64,000 bases of DNA from a virus (taxonomy: Duplodnaviria; Caudoviricetes), in the IMG/VR virus record IMGVR_UViG_3300028888_000052. One strand, 5' to 3'. Positions 9,290 through 20,752 of this stretch are shown one piece after another. The notes beneath the pieces were generated by a model. That model was not told the DNA's origin and did no database searches. It was given only the letters and a program-made list of their open reading frames with translations. The translations under genes and the position numbers were made by a program. Each line of letters opens with the position of its first letter. Position 1 is the first letter of the stretch.

Positions 9290-11137
9290 TTATTTAATAA
9301 TTATTGCATTAATACCTCTACTGGTTGAATTAGATGCATATATTGTATGAGTTTGATTTCCTACAGTTATATTACCTTTTGAAGTAAATGTAGATGCTAT
9401 AACATTATTATTTAATGAATCATAAATAGCATGACCTGTTGGTACTAATACATAATAAGTAGCTTTTGCATTTGCATTATATAATGTATTAGAAGTATAA
9501 TCCATTGTAGATTTACTTGTTGTCTTCTTACCGGCAGTATTATTAGTAGATGATCCAGAAACTGCAGGATATTTTTCAGCTATAATTGTATCTACATTAG
9601 TTGCTGTAGGTTGAGTCCAACCAGCATAATAATAATATGTATTAGTTACTGGTTTGGCATTAATAGTAAATTGTTTAGTTGCTGTACCAGAATTATAGTT
9701 AGTAGTTGCAGCTACTGTAGCTTGAACAATATATGTACCAGCTGTAGTAGGAACAGTTGTTGTGTATGTGCTATCATTTGCTGTACTTACTTTATATTTA
9801 TAAGTTTCAGTACCATTACCTGTATTTCCAGTAACTGTTGGTTTATTTGGTGTATTTCCTTCTGTCCAACCGGTAATATTAACACTTAAACTTAAGTTAG
9901 CTTTATTGATTGTATAATTCAACTTATTAGTTGTAGTCTTACCTTGATAAGTAGCGGTTATATTTGTATATGAACCTGCATTATTAGAACTTGTTAATGT
10001 AGTAGAATAAGTAACACCGGTTGTATTACCATTAATCTTTGAATTAGTTCCATTAGAATAATTCAATTGAATTTGTGGCCAATTAATTGCTTGTCCATAA
10101 GTAGAACTTGAAGTAAGACTTGCCCATTCAATTGAAGATAATGTAACATTAGCCGCAGGTATTGTAATTGTTATATCAGAAGTATTTTTAGTACCATTAG
10201 CACCATAAGTAACAGTACATTTAATTTTCGCAGTTTGTTGAGAATATGTACTATTTTTACCAGTTATAGTACATGTTTGTGAAGTAATATTTGATAATGT
10301 AATATATTCACCACCACTAACAACACTCCAACTATAGGCTGTAGCTTCTTGTGATTGTGTAGATGGTGCACCAAATGTGCATTGTTTTACAACAGTTGAA
10401 GTTGTAGTTGTTGAGTTATATGCTTGTACATAAATAGTTAATGCTTTACCAGCTCTAGAAGCTGTTCCAGGAGTACATTTACAAGTATTTTGACTTGTAG
10501 CAGATGTTAATGTAACATTTGATGCAGTTGGAGTAGGTAATGACCAAGAATTATATGATTGATTATTACCAACTATCTTTAATGTTTTACTAGCCCCATT
10601 TCCTGATGGAGTAAATGAAGTAATACCTGTAATAGAGTTATTTGCAAAACTGCCATTTGATGTATTCCATTTCCAAGTAGTTACATTAGCATCTCCACCT
10701 TCACCAACAGCAGCAGTTAAAGTTATTGTGCCATTATAATTTACTGAAGTAGTTCCAGTTACATCAAATGAAATATTACTTGATCCTCTATTTTTAAATA
10801 ACCAACATAAAACTTGTAATAATTCATCAGAAGTTTTAATACCTTGGTCAAATAATAATGTTTTAATTTGATTTTCTGTCATAGCTGATTTTATAAAATC
10901 ACTTTCAGATCCTTTAGCATTACCCCAATCTAATTCCATACAACTGATAAAATTACCATACCAATTATATTTTCCAGTTCCTGCCATATTACCTTCATTT
11001 CCAGAAAAAGGTTGATTTGCATTTGTCCAAAATCTTTGAGATATATAGGCATCATTACCAGTTACATTAGTAGGTTCAACCACATTAAGTGTAATCTTCG
11101 AATCTGTAAATGTATGTTTTTTTGTATTATTTGCCAT
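9290..11137 (-). CDS. Thr-rich Ig-like multi-domain virion surface protein
   Basis: Ig-like patterns (YSWSVVSG, PTTAGTYIVQATV..TNY, YTINKA); motif shared with the 7330 protein. Confidence 0.7.
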   Translation of the reverse strand: MANNTKKHTFTDSKITLNVVEPTNVTGNDAYISQRFWTNANQPFSGNEGNMAGTGKYNWYGNFISCMELDWGNAKGSESDFIKSAMTENQIKTLLFDQGIKTSDELLQVLCWLFKNRGSSNISFDVTGTTSVNYNGTITLTAAVGEGGDANVTTWKWNTSNGSFANNSITGITSFTPSGNGASKTLKIVGNNQSYNSWSLPTPTASNVTLTSATSQNTCKCTPGTASRAGKALTIYVQAYNSTTTTSTVVKQCTFGAPSTQSQEATAYSWSVVSGGEYITLSNITSQTCTITGKNSTYSQQTAKIKCTVTYGANGTKNTSDITITIPAANVTLSSIEWASLTSSSTYGQAINWPQIQLNYSNGTNSKINGNTTGVTYSTTLTSSNNAGSYTNITATYQGKTTTNKLNYTINKANLSLSVNITGWTEGNTPNKPTVTGNTGNGTETYKYKVSTANDSTYTTTVPTTAGTYIVQATVAATTNYNSGTATKQFTINAKPVTNTYYYYAGWTQPTATNVDTIIAEKYPAVSGSSTNNTAGKKTTSKSTMDYTSNTLYNANAKATYYVLVPTGHAIYDSLNNNVIASTFTSKGNITVGNQTHTIYASNSTSRGINAIIIK

Positions 11138-11157
11138 ATTATTTATATTTTATTTAA

Positions 11158-12006
11158 TTATATTCCAATAGCATTCATATTTTTACTTCCTTGACTTGCT
11201 TCATAAACTCTTATATAATCATAATTTGTATATGTTTCTGAAGTATAAATATTATATTTACATTCATCATCCAATCTTATATTAGATTTAAGTAATCTTA
11301 ATTTTGGTATGAATTTATCATCTGTAGTAATATTATTCATTTTTAATGTATTACTAATAAATATATTATTTATAAAATCTACTGGAATAATCATATATAC
11401 TACTTGATTAAAATTATTACCTATATAATAATCATTATATGAATTATTAGATAAATCTTCTACTGTATTAGATTCTCCATAAGTTTTATTTGATACAAAA
11501 TCCCAGTGAGAAGCATGATTTGTAAATAAATTTTGTATAGTAACTTTATCAATTTTTTCGTGGGCTTGATATTTATTAGTTTCACCACTAATTTCAGTTA
11601 ATAATTTACTACCATTATAATTATATGTTAAAGGATTATAAGGACCAATATAAAAATATCTTTCTTGAATTTTAACTTTAGATAATCTCAATAATCCATT
11701 GCTATCAATCCAAATAGATATATTTTCACCATTTACATTTAAAATGTTTTTTGTAGGGTGTATTCCTTGAACAATGGTATATGGAATTCCATTGAATATT
11801 ATTTGTGAACCTACAGTTGGTTGGGCTTCTACTTTATATTCTTCGTTATCTTTATAATCAGTTAATTTATAACCATTAGTAAACATCATCAAGTTAGGAT
11901 AGTCTCTTGTTAATTGTAAAGCCTTATCACGGTCAATATTCTCTAAAAAAACTATTCTATCTCTTTCTTGATTTCTATTTTGGTTTTGTAATATTTGATC
12001 TGCCAT
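11158..12006 (-). CDS. Putative structural protein; C-terminal module resembles that of the adjacent fibre proteins
   Basis: YFYIGPYNP...VYMIIP pattern; operon context. Confidence 0.55.
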   Translation of the reverse strand: MADQILQNQNRNQERDRIVFLENIDRDKALQLTRDYPNLMMFTNGYKLTDYKDNEEYKVEAQPTVGSQIIFNGIPYTIVQGIHPTKNILNVNGENISIWIDSNGLLRLSKVKIQERYFYIGPYNPLTYNYNGSKLLTEISGETNKYQAHEKIDKVTIQNLFTNHASHWDFVSNKTYGESNTVEDLSNNSYNDYYIGNNFNQVVYMIIPVDFINNIFISNTLKMNNITTDDKFIPKLRLLKSNIRLDDECKYNIYTSETYTNYDYIRVYEASQGSKNMNAIGI

Positions 12007-12056
12007 TTTATTTTAGATTCATATTATATTTAATAATAATTATAACTTAATACGTT

Positions 12057-14360
12057 TTAAATGTATAATGGTTCTAATTTTGTATGATAAATTTCAGCTA
12101 TTGAGTCCTCTTCTACAGTTGGATTGAATTTTTTCAAAAGTTGTAAGAAAATATTATCATTATAACTAATTGAATGATTAGATTCATAGTCATTATTAAA
12201 TATCAATTGAACATATTTTTCAAATACATTAATATTGAATAAATCTAATAATTTTGTATCTTTAATAGATAATATACCCATTCCTTCTCCTTCTTCATTA
12301 AGAGTAATAAATTTATTTGAAGAAATATTAGAAGTTAAAATATTCTTATTGTTTTCTTTGATAGATATTATGAGTTCATATTCTCCTGTATATAATGGTG
12401 TAAGAATCTCTACATCTTCTCCTTCTTTTGGGTTTAAGTTAGTTTGTATATGATAAGTGAATATACCAAAATAAATATTAAATTTATCAGTTATTTCAAA
12501 ATTATAATTAGTAGGATCTAAACTATAATCTTTAATATATGATATATATTTGAATAATCCAGTAATATTCTTAGAAACATTACCTCTTTTTAAGGTAATT
12601 TTATCAATATCATAAATAGTTGGTAATGCAAAGACAAATAATTTGTATTGTAATCCATTATTACCAAAATTCAAAGGTATACTTATTTCATTATCTAAAA
12701 TTATTTGATAATTATTTAATTTTAAGTTATTTTCTTTTTCTAATGAAAAATCAATATTTAACTTACTTAAATCACCTTCATTAATATCAAATGATTGCAA
12801 TTTACTAAAATATACTAAGTATTTAGGTATAACAGTAATTGGGTCAATATTATATCTATATGGCTTAATTATATTTTGTGTACTCTTTAATATATTAGAT
12901 ACTAAAGTATTTTGTAAATAAGGATAATCTTTATATTTTAAAGATGGTGTTTGACCTATATCAAAATAAACATTCTTTAATATATCAACTCTTTGGTTGT
13001 ATGTTTCTGGTACAATTCTAATTAAATTGCTCCTATCATTACTTTCAAAATTAATTCTAAAGTTTACATTTACTTCGTCAGATTCTTTTGTAGAATCATA
13101 TATAAGATCTTGAACACTTATAATATTACCATGAATATCACGACCTCTTTCCGATATACCAAGGTTATTTCCTTGATATTGTGTTTCAAAAGTACCTTCT
13201 GTAGAAACTAAAGAAGTTATTTTATTTGTGTGTAAATTTTTTATACCACCTGATTCATGAGTAATCCAATTAACAGAATAATTTACATATCTTAATGAAG
13301 AACCTATAGGAACATATATTAAATTTGGGTTATCTCTATCAATTTTGTAATAAGTATATGTTCCATTTTCAATATTGAATTTATTGTTATCTTCTAAAAT
13401 ATAATTACCTGTAGAATTCTTAGTTAATTTATAAAACATTAACTTTAAGACAAAATCGATATTAGATATTTCAATATCTTCGTAATCGGCATGACAAAAT
13501 AATTTAGGTAAGTCTTTTAATAAGAATTGTGTAGTTTCTTTATATTTATACTCATCTGAACCTTCTTCTGAAGTAGCCCACATTTGTAATATATCATGGC
13601 TAATAGTTACTTTTTCAGAAACATTATTGATAGTTATATTTCTTTCTGAATTTTCAAAATGGAATTGATCACTATCAAAATCAGCTAAAGATAAATATAA
13701 AAATCCATTTGGATTAATATGATTATCAATATTATCCCAGTTTGCACCAAGATTAGAACCTTTTTTAACATATTTTATAAATTTAGTATCTAATGCATAG
13801 TCTTGGTTTTTTCTTCTAAGTTGTTCTAAAGTAATACTATCTTGCAAATCATTACACCATTGAGGTAAATATAATAATTCTTTGATAGCCAAATCTCTTT
13901 GATTTTTATTCAAGAATCCCCAACCACCGGCAATAAGTTCATTACCTAAATATAAATAATTAGATTTATTTGTAAGGAAATCATAATAATTTATTCTTTC
14001 AAAACCATTTAATATATAATTTTCTCCATCAGTAAAAAATGGTTCTTCACTAAATTCATTACCATCATTATCAGTAATACCAGTATTAGAAAATTCCTGA
14101 GACATTTTTTGACTGTAATAATCGGCATTCTCAGTAGATCTATTATAAATTCTAAAATACTTGTTATTATCATTAATACTTTCCTCTATTGGAAAATATA
14201 TTTCATTTGATAATTCATTATTAAGATTAATATCAGAATACAAGTCATGATAAACAACTAATGAACCAGAATTTTTTACTAATCTTGGTAAATTAGGATT
14301 TGTAGTGACATAAAGTTTTACATATTCTCCATTAAGTTTTAATAAACTATATTGTTCCAT
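12057..14360 (-). CDS. Hypothetical structural protein
   Basis: 767-aa ORF in the structural operon. Confidence 0.6.
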   Translation of the reverse strand: MEQYSLLKLNGEYVKLYVTTNPNLPRLVKNSGSLVVYHDLYSDINLNNELSNEIYFPIEESINDNNKYFRIYNRSTENADYYSQKMSQEFSNTGITDNDGNEFSEEPFFTDGENYILNGFERINYYDFLTNKSNYLYLGNELIAGGWGFLNKNQRDLAIKELLYLPQWCNDLQDSITLEQLRRKNQDYALDTKFIKYVKKGSNLGANWDNIDNHINPNGFLYLSLADFDSDQFHFENSERNITINNVSEKVTISHDILQMWATSEEGSDEYKYKETTQFLLKDLPKLFCHADYEDIEISNIDFVLKLMFYKLTKNSTGNYILEDNNKFNIENGTYTYYKIDRDNPNLIYVPIGSSLRYVNYSVNWITHESGGIKNLHTNKITSLVSTEGTFETQYQGNNLGISERGRDIHGNIISVQDLIYDSTKESDEVNVNFRINFESNDRSNLIRIVPETYNQRVDILKNVYFDIGQTPSLKYKDYPYLQNTLVSNILKSTQNIIKPYRYNIDPITVIPKYLVYFSKLQSFDINEGDLSKLNIDFSLEKENNLKLNNYQIILDNEISIPLNFGNNGLQYKLFVFALPTIYDIDKITLKRGNVSKNITGLFKYISYIKDYSLDPTNYNFEITDKFNIYFGIFTYHIQTNLNPKEGEDVEILTPLYTGEYELIISIKENNKNILTSNISSNKFITLNEEGEGMGILSIKDTKLLDLFNINVFEKYVQLIFNNDYESNHSISYNDNIFLQLLKKFNPTVEEDSIAEIYHTKLEPLYI

Positions 14361-14371
14361 TATTCAATTGT

Positions 14372-17300
14372 TTAATCTATTTCTTGGTTTTCAGTATCAT
14401 TTGAAATATCTAAGTTAGATTTAGAATAAATTGTATTAGATACATCATAAGATGCTTTAATTTTTAAGATATAATTATCAGGATTTCTTAATAATGTATT
14501 TTTGATATCAAATGATAATATTTTTGTGATAGAATTAATATCATTATTAGATGAATTGCTTTTTGTAGGTGCTTCAGGTAAATAATACTCAAATAAAATA
14601 GGTATAGAGATAGATTCTCCCACATTTACAGTTATATATGAATTATTCTTTTCATTACAAAGTATTTGTGATTTATTAGATAAATTAGGAATCAAGAATC
14701 CACCTTTTAAGTTTGATGTAGTTAATTTTACATTTTCACTTCCTAAATTAAATCTATTATTTTGGTCATCAAGGAATGTTGATAAACTCTTTTGGTTATT
14801 TAATTGTAATATAATATTTGAATTAGATTGATAACCATAAAGGTGTTCATATCTTAATATAAATCTATTATTTAAATAATTATCAGTAAATTTATAATCT
14901 TCTTCAAAATTGATAGATTGATAATATTCATCAATTAAACTATAATTGACATTTTGTATTTTACTTAAATCATTTATTTTTTGTATAAGTTCGCTTTTAG
15001 CTGTTGAACTTATAGATTGACCAGCTACTGGGAGATTTGATGCAATATTGTACAATAATTGATAGATTGATGATAAATCATTATTATTGTCAATATTATG
15101 GTATTTTCTAAATCTATATGGCATCAATATTTGCTTAGATGTATTAATATATTCACCTAAGATATAATTGTTTGGTAATGATAAAGTAGCATTAGGATTT
15201 ATTTTTTTATTGTTTAAATATTCAACTAAATTTGTATAAATATTATAATTATTTTCAAAAGTATTTAAATAATATGATTCCATACTATAATTTGATACTT
15301 CTTTGAAATAAATCCATTGTCCTAATGATTGATATTTAGCAGTATCATATGAAGTTAAACCAGAAGGATTATCACCTTCTATAAGAATTGGTACTCTTTC
15401 ATATTTATCTGATTTTTGAATTTGTGCTTCATTATCAGAAAGTTGAATGAGATATTTATCAGAATTTCCTGGGAATAGACTATACAATTTTAAAGGAGTA
15501 CTACCAGTATTTTTAACAGTCAAATACATTTGTTTGACATTATATGTGTCATTAAACATATTTTCTGTATTACTGATATTGATATTATTATCTACATTTG
15601 ATAATAACTCAATTGATTTATCTTCATAATTCAAATATATTTTATATTCAGTAGAAATTTCAGATAAAATCATTTCTTTATATTTTTCAATATCATTATT
15701 TAATGATTGTAATTTATCTTTTAAAGAAATGAACTTATTTTCTGGTGTATTGAATCCTGAATAGATATTTTCAGGCATGTGATAATAGATTTGAGAGTTA
15801 TCAATAATCTTGTTAGAAATGTGTTCTGCATAACCTTCATTAATCAAAGTCTTGTTAAAACGAGCAGATATTTCATCACTATCATTTTGATTAAAGATTG
15901 TCTCTATATCATTTGCATCATAATATTCTAATGGGAATTCAATTTCAATTTCATCCGACCAAGGAGTATATAAATTGATAAAAGGTTGTCCAACTGAATA
16001 TTTAAATCTAACTCTAATTACCACATCTTCACCTTGAGTAATTGGTATATCAACTTGATTCCATTTGATAATGTTTGTATTATTGTCATAGTTTTCATAA
16101 ACTAATTCAAATGTATTATACATTGTATCAAATTCAAGTTTTCTTTCTTTCTCAATAGATGGTAATATATTCCAATCAGTAAATAAATTAGAATTGATAT
16201 TAGTAACATTAGTTGTATCTAATGTAGCTGATTTATATTTATATTGCAATTCCATTTTAATAAGATTACATTTATTAAAATGAGTATTGATATAATTTTC
16301 TAAATTAACTACATCAACATTACCTCTAATTCTAAATTTATTTTTAGAAGATTGAGAAGATGCTTTTAATGTTTTAATATTATCTACTATAGATATAATT
16401 TCTTTTTGTAATTGGATACGTTTTTGGTATAAGTCATCCAATTGTGATTTTAAAGAAATTTGAGTAATAGCTGTATTATTCAAAAAGTCTACAGTAACTA
16501 ATTGGTTATATATGGTATCAATATTTGATTGAACAGAATTTAACTCATTTGATAATTCATTTTTCTTAGAATTCAATGAAATAATCTTTTTAGAAGTATT
16601 ATCATCAATCAAATGTTCATTGATTTTTTGTACTTTCAATATATTTGTATTAATTGTATTAGAAACAAATTGTTTTATATCATCACCATTTTGCATGCTA
16701 AACAAATCGGCGTTTGTATAATTTGTTAACTGTGGATATGCTACATTAGATATACCTAAAAGCATATCACCTATATTAGTACAATATTTATTATAATATT
16801 CTATATATGAAATTTCTTTACCATTTGAAATCATCTTGTTACCATTCTCATCTAACATGACAATTTCATTCATATTTAATAACACACCATCAGAATATAC
16901 ACTACGGGTATTATTATAAACAGTACTCAAGAAGAAAGCTACATAAGGATTTTCTTCTAAAGGAACTTCTACATAATGATATTTAGAATAGTCTTGATTA
17001 TAAATATGCAAAACCATTCCAGAGTTTTCTTCAAATGTTTGTAATGATATATGACCATTGATTTCTTCCAAGATAACTTCGTGTTGTTTAATATCATTAT
17101 TAATAGTCTTTGTAGATAAGACACGATAAATACAATATTGGTCATCTAAACAAACATATTGTCCTGGTTGTAATGTAAATTCTATTGAAGAGTCTTCTTC
17201 TTTAGTATATGTTAAAGTATCTAATACCACTTTATATATTACATTTTTAGTATTAGTGTCTGTATATGGATTTTCTTCTTCACCTTGTGGGATATCCATG

Positions 17301-17929
17301 ATTTTGAAATTAGATATATATTCATCTTGGTGAATTGGTAAATCTACGATTGTATCATATTCTTCATAGTCTATTCCATTTGTCTTATTATACAATAATG
17401 CTACATAATCATCATATTTTACAGGGTTAGCACTTTTTACTTGGTCATATAAATCTCTAGTAAAGAATATAATTTTCTTTACACACATTTGTTTTATATT
17501 ATCAGGTAAATTATCAATATTAAATTTCAAGAATGTTTTTGGATTAACTAAATCTTTAAATATATAAGTATCTTTAGCTTTAGCATATAATTTATCTTCG
17601 GATATTATTGGGGTAACTGGTGCATTGTTTGATTTGACCAATTCCAATTTATACATATCTGAAGATTTTGAAAACCATGCTTCACCAGATTTAGGTAACT
17701 TAAATAAATTACTCATATTAGAGTCTAATTGCTCAACTCTACTTTCTAACCACATAAATGATGGTATTCTAACTGTTTTCTCAACATCATCTGTGTCTAG
17801 AAATTTTACTGTAACTTCTGAAGAAGATGATTGAAAACTTTGATTTATTGCAGTAAGAATATTTACTGCATTTGCATATAATTCTTGTATTTTAATATAA
17901 TGATCTTTTATAGAATTATTGTTGTTCAT
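14372..17929 (-). CDS. Large structural protein with central coiled coil
   Basis: 1185 aa; heptad segment KIISLNSKKNELSNELNSVQSNID...; beta-rich flanks. Confidence 0.65.
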   Translation of the reverse strand: MNNNNSIKDHYIKIQELYANAVNILTAINQSFQSSSSEVTVKFLDTDDVEKTVRIPSFMWLESRVEQLDSNMSNLFKLPKSGEAWFSKSSDMYKLELVKSNNAPVTPIISEDKLYAKAKDTYIFKDLVNPKTFLKFNIDNLPDNIKQMCVKKIIFFTRDLYDQVKSANPVKYDDYVALLYNKTNGIDYEEYDTIVDLPIHQDEYISNFKIMDIPQGEEENPYTDTNTKNVIYKVVLDTLTYTKEEDSSIEFTLQPGQYVCLDDQYCIYRVLSTKTINNDIKQHEVILEEINGHISLQTFEENSGMVLHIYNQDYSKYHYVEVPLEENPYVAFFLSTVYNNTRSVYSDGVLLNMNEIVMLDENGNKMISNGKEISYIEYYNKYCTNIGDMLLGISNVAYPQLTNYTNADLFSMQNGDDIKQFVSNTINTNILKVQKINEHLIDDNTSKKIISLNSKKNELSNELNSVQSNIDTIYNQLVTVDFLNNTAITQISLKSQLDDLYQKRIQLQKEIISIVDNIKTLKASSQSSKNKFRIRGNVDVVNLENYINTHFNKCNLIKMELQYKYKSATLDTTNVTNINSNLFTDWNILPSIEKERKLEFDTMYNTFELVYENYDNNTNIIKWNQVDIPITQGEDVVIRVRFKYSVGQPFINLYTPWSDEIEIEFPLEYYDANDIETIFNQNDSDEISARFNKTLINEGYAEHISNKIIDNSQIYYHMPENIYSGFNTPENKFISLKDKLQSLNNDIEKYKEMILSEISTEYKIYLNYEDKSIELLSNVDNNINISNTENMFNDTYNVKQMYLTVKNTGSTPLKLYSLFPGNSDKYLIQLSDNEAQIQKSDKYERVPILIEGDNPSGLTSYDTAKYQSLGQWIYFKEVSNYSMESYYLNTFENNYNIYTNLVEYLNNKKINPNATLSLPNNYILGEYINTSKQILMPYRFRKYHNIDNNNDLSSIYQLLYNIASNLPVAGQSISSTAKSELIQKINDLSKIQNVNYSLIDEYYQSINFEEDYKFTDNYLNNRFILRYEHLYGYQSNSNIILQLNNQKSLSTFLDDQNNRFNLGSENVKLTTSNLKGGFLIPNLSNKSQILCNEKNNSYITVNVGESISIPILFEYYLPEAPTKSNSSNNDINSITKILSFDIKNTLLRNPDNYILKIKASYDVSNTIYSKSNLDISNDTENQEID

Positions 17930-17947
17930 ATATTATCTATTCTTATT

Positions 17948-19237
17948 TTATTCAGCAGCTTTCCAAGCAAGATTCTCCATAAATTCTTTCATTTCTTGTT
18001 TCAAAGCATTGTACTTTGAAGTCATTTCATATTCAAATTGAATAAAGTCTTTTTTAATCTTATCAATATTGCTTTCTGTAGCTTTATTGTTTAATTGTCC
18101 TTGTAAAGAATTTATTTTCTCTGATAATTCTTGGTTGATTCTTGATAATTTTCTAAATTCATCTAATATTTCATTTTGTCTTGATAATACCATTGCAAAT
18201 GTAGGGAAAGCATTTGAATTAGTAGTATCATCTTGGTAATCTTTAATATTTGAATAAGGGAATGGTTTGAATTGTGAACTAATCAATAATGACCAGTTTT
18301 GTGAGAATCCAGTATTTTTATCTTTTTTCAAAATAATAGTTTCATCGGCAAACCATATACCTAATGGAACATTCTTACGATACAAATCATTTTCTTTATT
18401 AGATTTTAACAACATTTCATAATATGTATTATTAAGATTATTGTTATTTAATGATAAGTTTTCAAACAAATATGATTTTGTATGATAGTTTATATTTGTA
18501 ACATCAAATAAAGGAATAATTATATTGAATTTAACTTGGTTTAATTCGTCTGAATTATTTTGTAAACTATCGAATTGTATTGAGGATATCTTAGAATCAT
18601 AATTATAAATTGGTTGGTCTTCAATTTTTTCATCATATTTAGGTAATATTTGATGAGAAGTTTCATTTTCAGTCACCATATAATCATTGATTATAAAATC
18701 ATTTTCCCAACCATAAAGATTTTCTTCATTCATAGAAATATATTTTCTAGTTGAAGGAAAACCATTTTCTACTTTAATTTGTTTAAATTTATAATTAGAA
18801 TTAAAATCTATTATACAAATAGTGTCAGTATATGTTCCATTATAATCTTGTTCAGAAATATCACTTATATAACTTATAAGATTTTTCTTGATATTTACTG
18901 CATTACCAGGATATTTAGTATCTATGTATTTATAAATTGTCTCTATTAAATAATTCAATGGCTTAATGTGATCTTCACATTTCTCATTATTATCAATACA
19001 ATGATCTCTTAAAGTTGCTAATTTATTTTCATAATAAGCAACTAAATAATTTTTTATAAAATCTTTTTTATTACTTTCTAATTCTAAACCAGGAATATAT
19101 AAGCATAAGAACATTGATGGGTAAATTTTAGTATCAGTACTTAAAAAATTACCAGTCAATGATTCTGTATAGTTACTAAATGTTAAAAATTTGCTATTTG
19201 GACCTGATGTATAAAAAAGATTTGTTTTTCTGTGCAT
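17948..19237 (-). CDS. Structural protein with C-terminal coiled coil
   Basis: Likely start is ATG at 19237 (MHRKTNLFY); the upstream extension in the track is intergenic-like. Confidence 0.65.
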   Translation of the reverse strand: MHRKTNLFYTSGPNSKFLTFSNYTESLTGNFLSTDTKIYPSMFLCLYIPGLELESNKKDFIKNYLVAYYENKLATLRDHCIDNNEKCEDHIKPLNYLIETIYKYIDTKYPGNAVNIKKNLISYISDISEQDYNGTYTDTICIIDFNSNYKFKQIKVENGFPSTRKYISMNEENLYGWENDFIINDYMVTENETSHQILPKYDEKIEDQPIYNYDSKISSIQFDSLQNNSDELNQVKFNIIIPLFDVTNINYHTKSYLFENLSLNNNNLNNTYYEMLLKSNKENDLYRKNVPLGIWFADETIILKKDKNTGFSQNWSLLISSQFKPFPYSNIKDYQDDTTNSNAFPTFAMVLSRQNEILDEFRKLSRINQELSEKINSLQGQLNNKATESNIDKIKKDFIQFEYEMTSKYNALKQEMKEFMENLAWKAAE

Positions 19238-19365
19238 AAATACTATAAAAACATTTTTATTTATATAAAAATAAAAAAGAAACAAAAACTTAATGATATT
19301 TATTAATTTTTTTTAGTAAGCATTCTATATTAAAATATCATATAAATTTAATAAAAGAGTGTATC

Positions 19366-20103
19366 ATGAAATTAGTAGTATTTGACATAGAAACAACAGG
19401 ACTTGATAGGACTAAAGATCAAATAATTCAATTTAGTGCTATTAAAATTGATACTGAAACTAATAAGATAGTTGAAGAAATTAATGAATATATTCAACCA
19501 GTAGGTAATTATCAAATTAATTATGGTGCTTATTTCAAGCATGGTATTACACCTGAATTTTTGAAGGATAAACCACATTTTGAAGAAGTAGCACCAAAGA
19601 TTATTAAATTCTTTGATAATGATGGAATTCTAACATATAATGGTAATGGTTTTGATATTCCATTCTTATTGACAGAATTAAATAAATATGGATTTAAGCT
19701 TGATGTTATGAATAGACCTATTTATGATGCTTTCTTAGAAGAGAAACGTCGTAATGGTAATTCATTAGAAGAGACTTACAAGAGATATCGTGGAAAGTCT
19801 ATGGAAGAATCTGGTCTTAAAGCCCATGATGCTTTATCAGATGTTAAAGCAACTTATTCAGTATTTTATGCACAACAAAAACATCAAGCTTATGAACCCG
19901 AACATGTTTATGGTGAAGATGGAGTAATTACTGATCAAGAATTTAGAGGAGAAGTTAAACCTTGCTTTAATATTGGTAAGTATAAAGGATTGTCAGTGGA
20001 ATTTATAAGTCAAGTTGATCAACAATATTTAAATTGGGCAACTTCTGATAGATGTAATTTTGTAGAAAACACTAAAAAGTTTATTCAACAGTATATTAAG
20101 TAA
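19366..20103 (+). CDS. DEDDh 3'-5' exonuclease (DNA polymerase III epsilon-like)
   Basis: VFDIETTGL, YNGNGFDIPFL, AHDALSDV motifs; C-terminal FNIGKYKG domain. Confidence 0.92.
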   Translation: MKLVVFDIETTGLDRTKDQIIQFSAIKIDTETNKIVEEINEYIQPVGNYQINYGAYFKHGITPEFLKDKPHFEEVAPKIIKFFDNDGILTYNGNGFDIPFLLTELNKYGFKLDVMNRPIYDAFLEEKRRNGNSLEETYKRYRGKSMEESGLKAHDALSDVKATYSVFYAQQKHQAYEPEHVYGEDGVITDQEFRGEVKPCFNIGKYKGLSVEFISQVDQQYLNWATSDRCNFVENTKKFIQQYIK

Positions 20104-20105
20104 TT

Positions 20106-20564
20106 ATGTCAATGTATGATGAAACCCCTGATTATTTTATTAGGGAAGGAAAAATTTATGCACACCACCAAGGTTCAACTTATGTATCTTGTGGATTTAG
20201 AGAACATGAACCTTCATATAACCAATTATTAGGAGATGCTACACCTATAGCTATTAACAGATTTTTACAAAATCATAGTTATTTATATAATTATGATGAA
20301 GATAGAGAGCAAACTCCTATTGAAAGCAAATATAAAGATGCTTTTGGAAACAATATATTTGAAGGTATGATTGTATATTGTGTAAATACCTATTATGATG
20401 ATAGATTTGGTGGTTATATCAGAGGAGTAGTTGTGGGATTTACAAAAGAGTTTGTCAAGATTCAAATTATGAATTATGATAAAACAATTAGATATCATAT
20501 TTATGATAACGAGCCACCAATTAAAAGAATGCCTCATAGGATAATTTGTTTAGAACAAGTATGA
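20106..20564 (+). CDS. Hypothetical protein with YopX/KOW-like C-terminus
   Basis: KDAFGNNIFEGMIV motif. Confidence 0.55.
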   Translation: MSMYDETPDYFIREGKIYAHHQGSTYVSCGFREHEPSYNQLLGDATPIAINRFLQNHSYLYNYDEDREQTPIESKYKDAFGNNIFEGMIVYCVNTYYDDRFGGYIRGVVVGFTKEFVKIQIMNYDKTIRYHIYDNEPPIKRMPHRIICLEQV

Positions 20565-20752
20565 ATAGACATGCACAATTTTGGTTAACACTTGGTACAA
20601 TTTATACTTGTATTTTATTTTGGGTATTCTTTGCAGCATTTATAAATACTAATAATCGTGTATTTGGAATGTTAGCAATACCAGGTGGTATTTATTTTTT
20701 AGGACAATTTTTAGTTAACTATTTTACTTTAACAGATGATGAAAATAAATGA
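20561..20752 (+). CDS. Small two-helix membrane protein
   Basis: ATGA overlap with the previous gene; two hydrophobic segments. Confidence 0.6.
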   Translation: MNRHAQFWLTLGTIYTCILFWVFFAAFINTNNRVFGMLAIPGGIYFLGQFLVNYFTLTDDENK

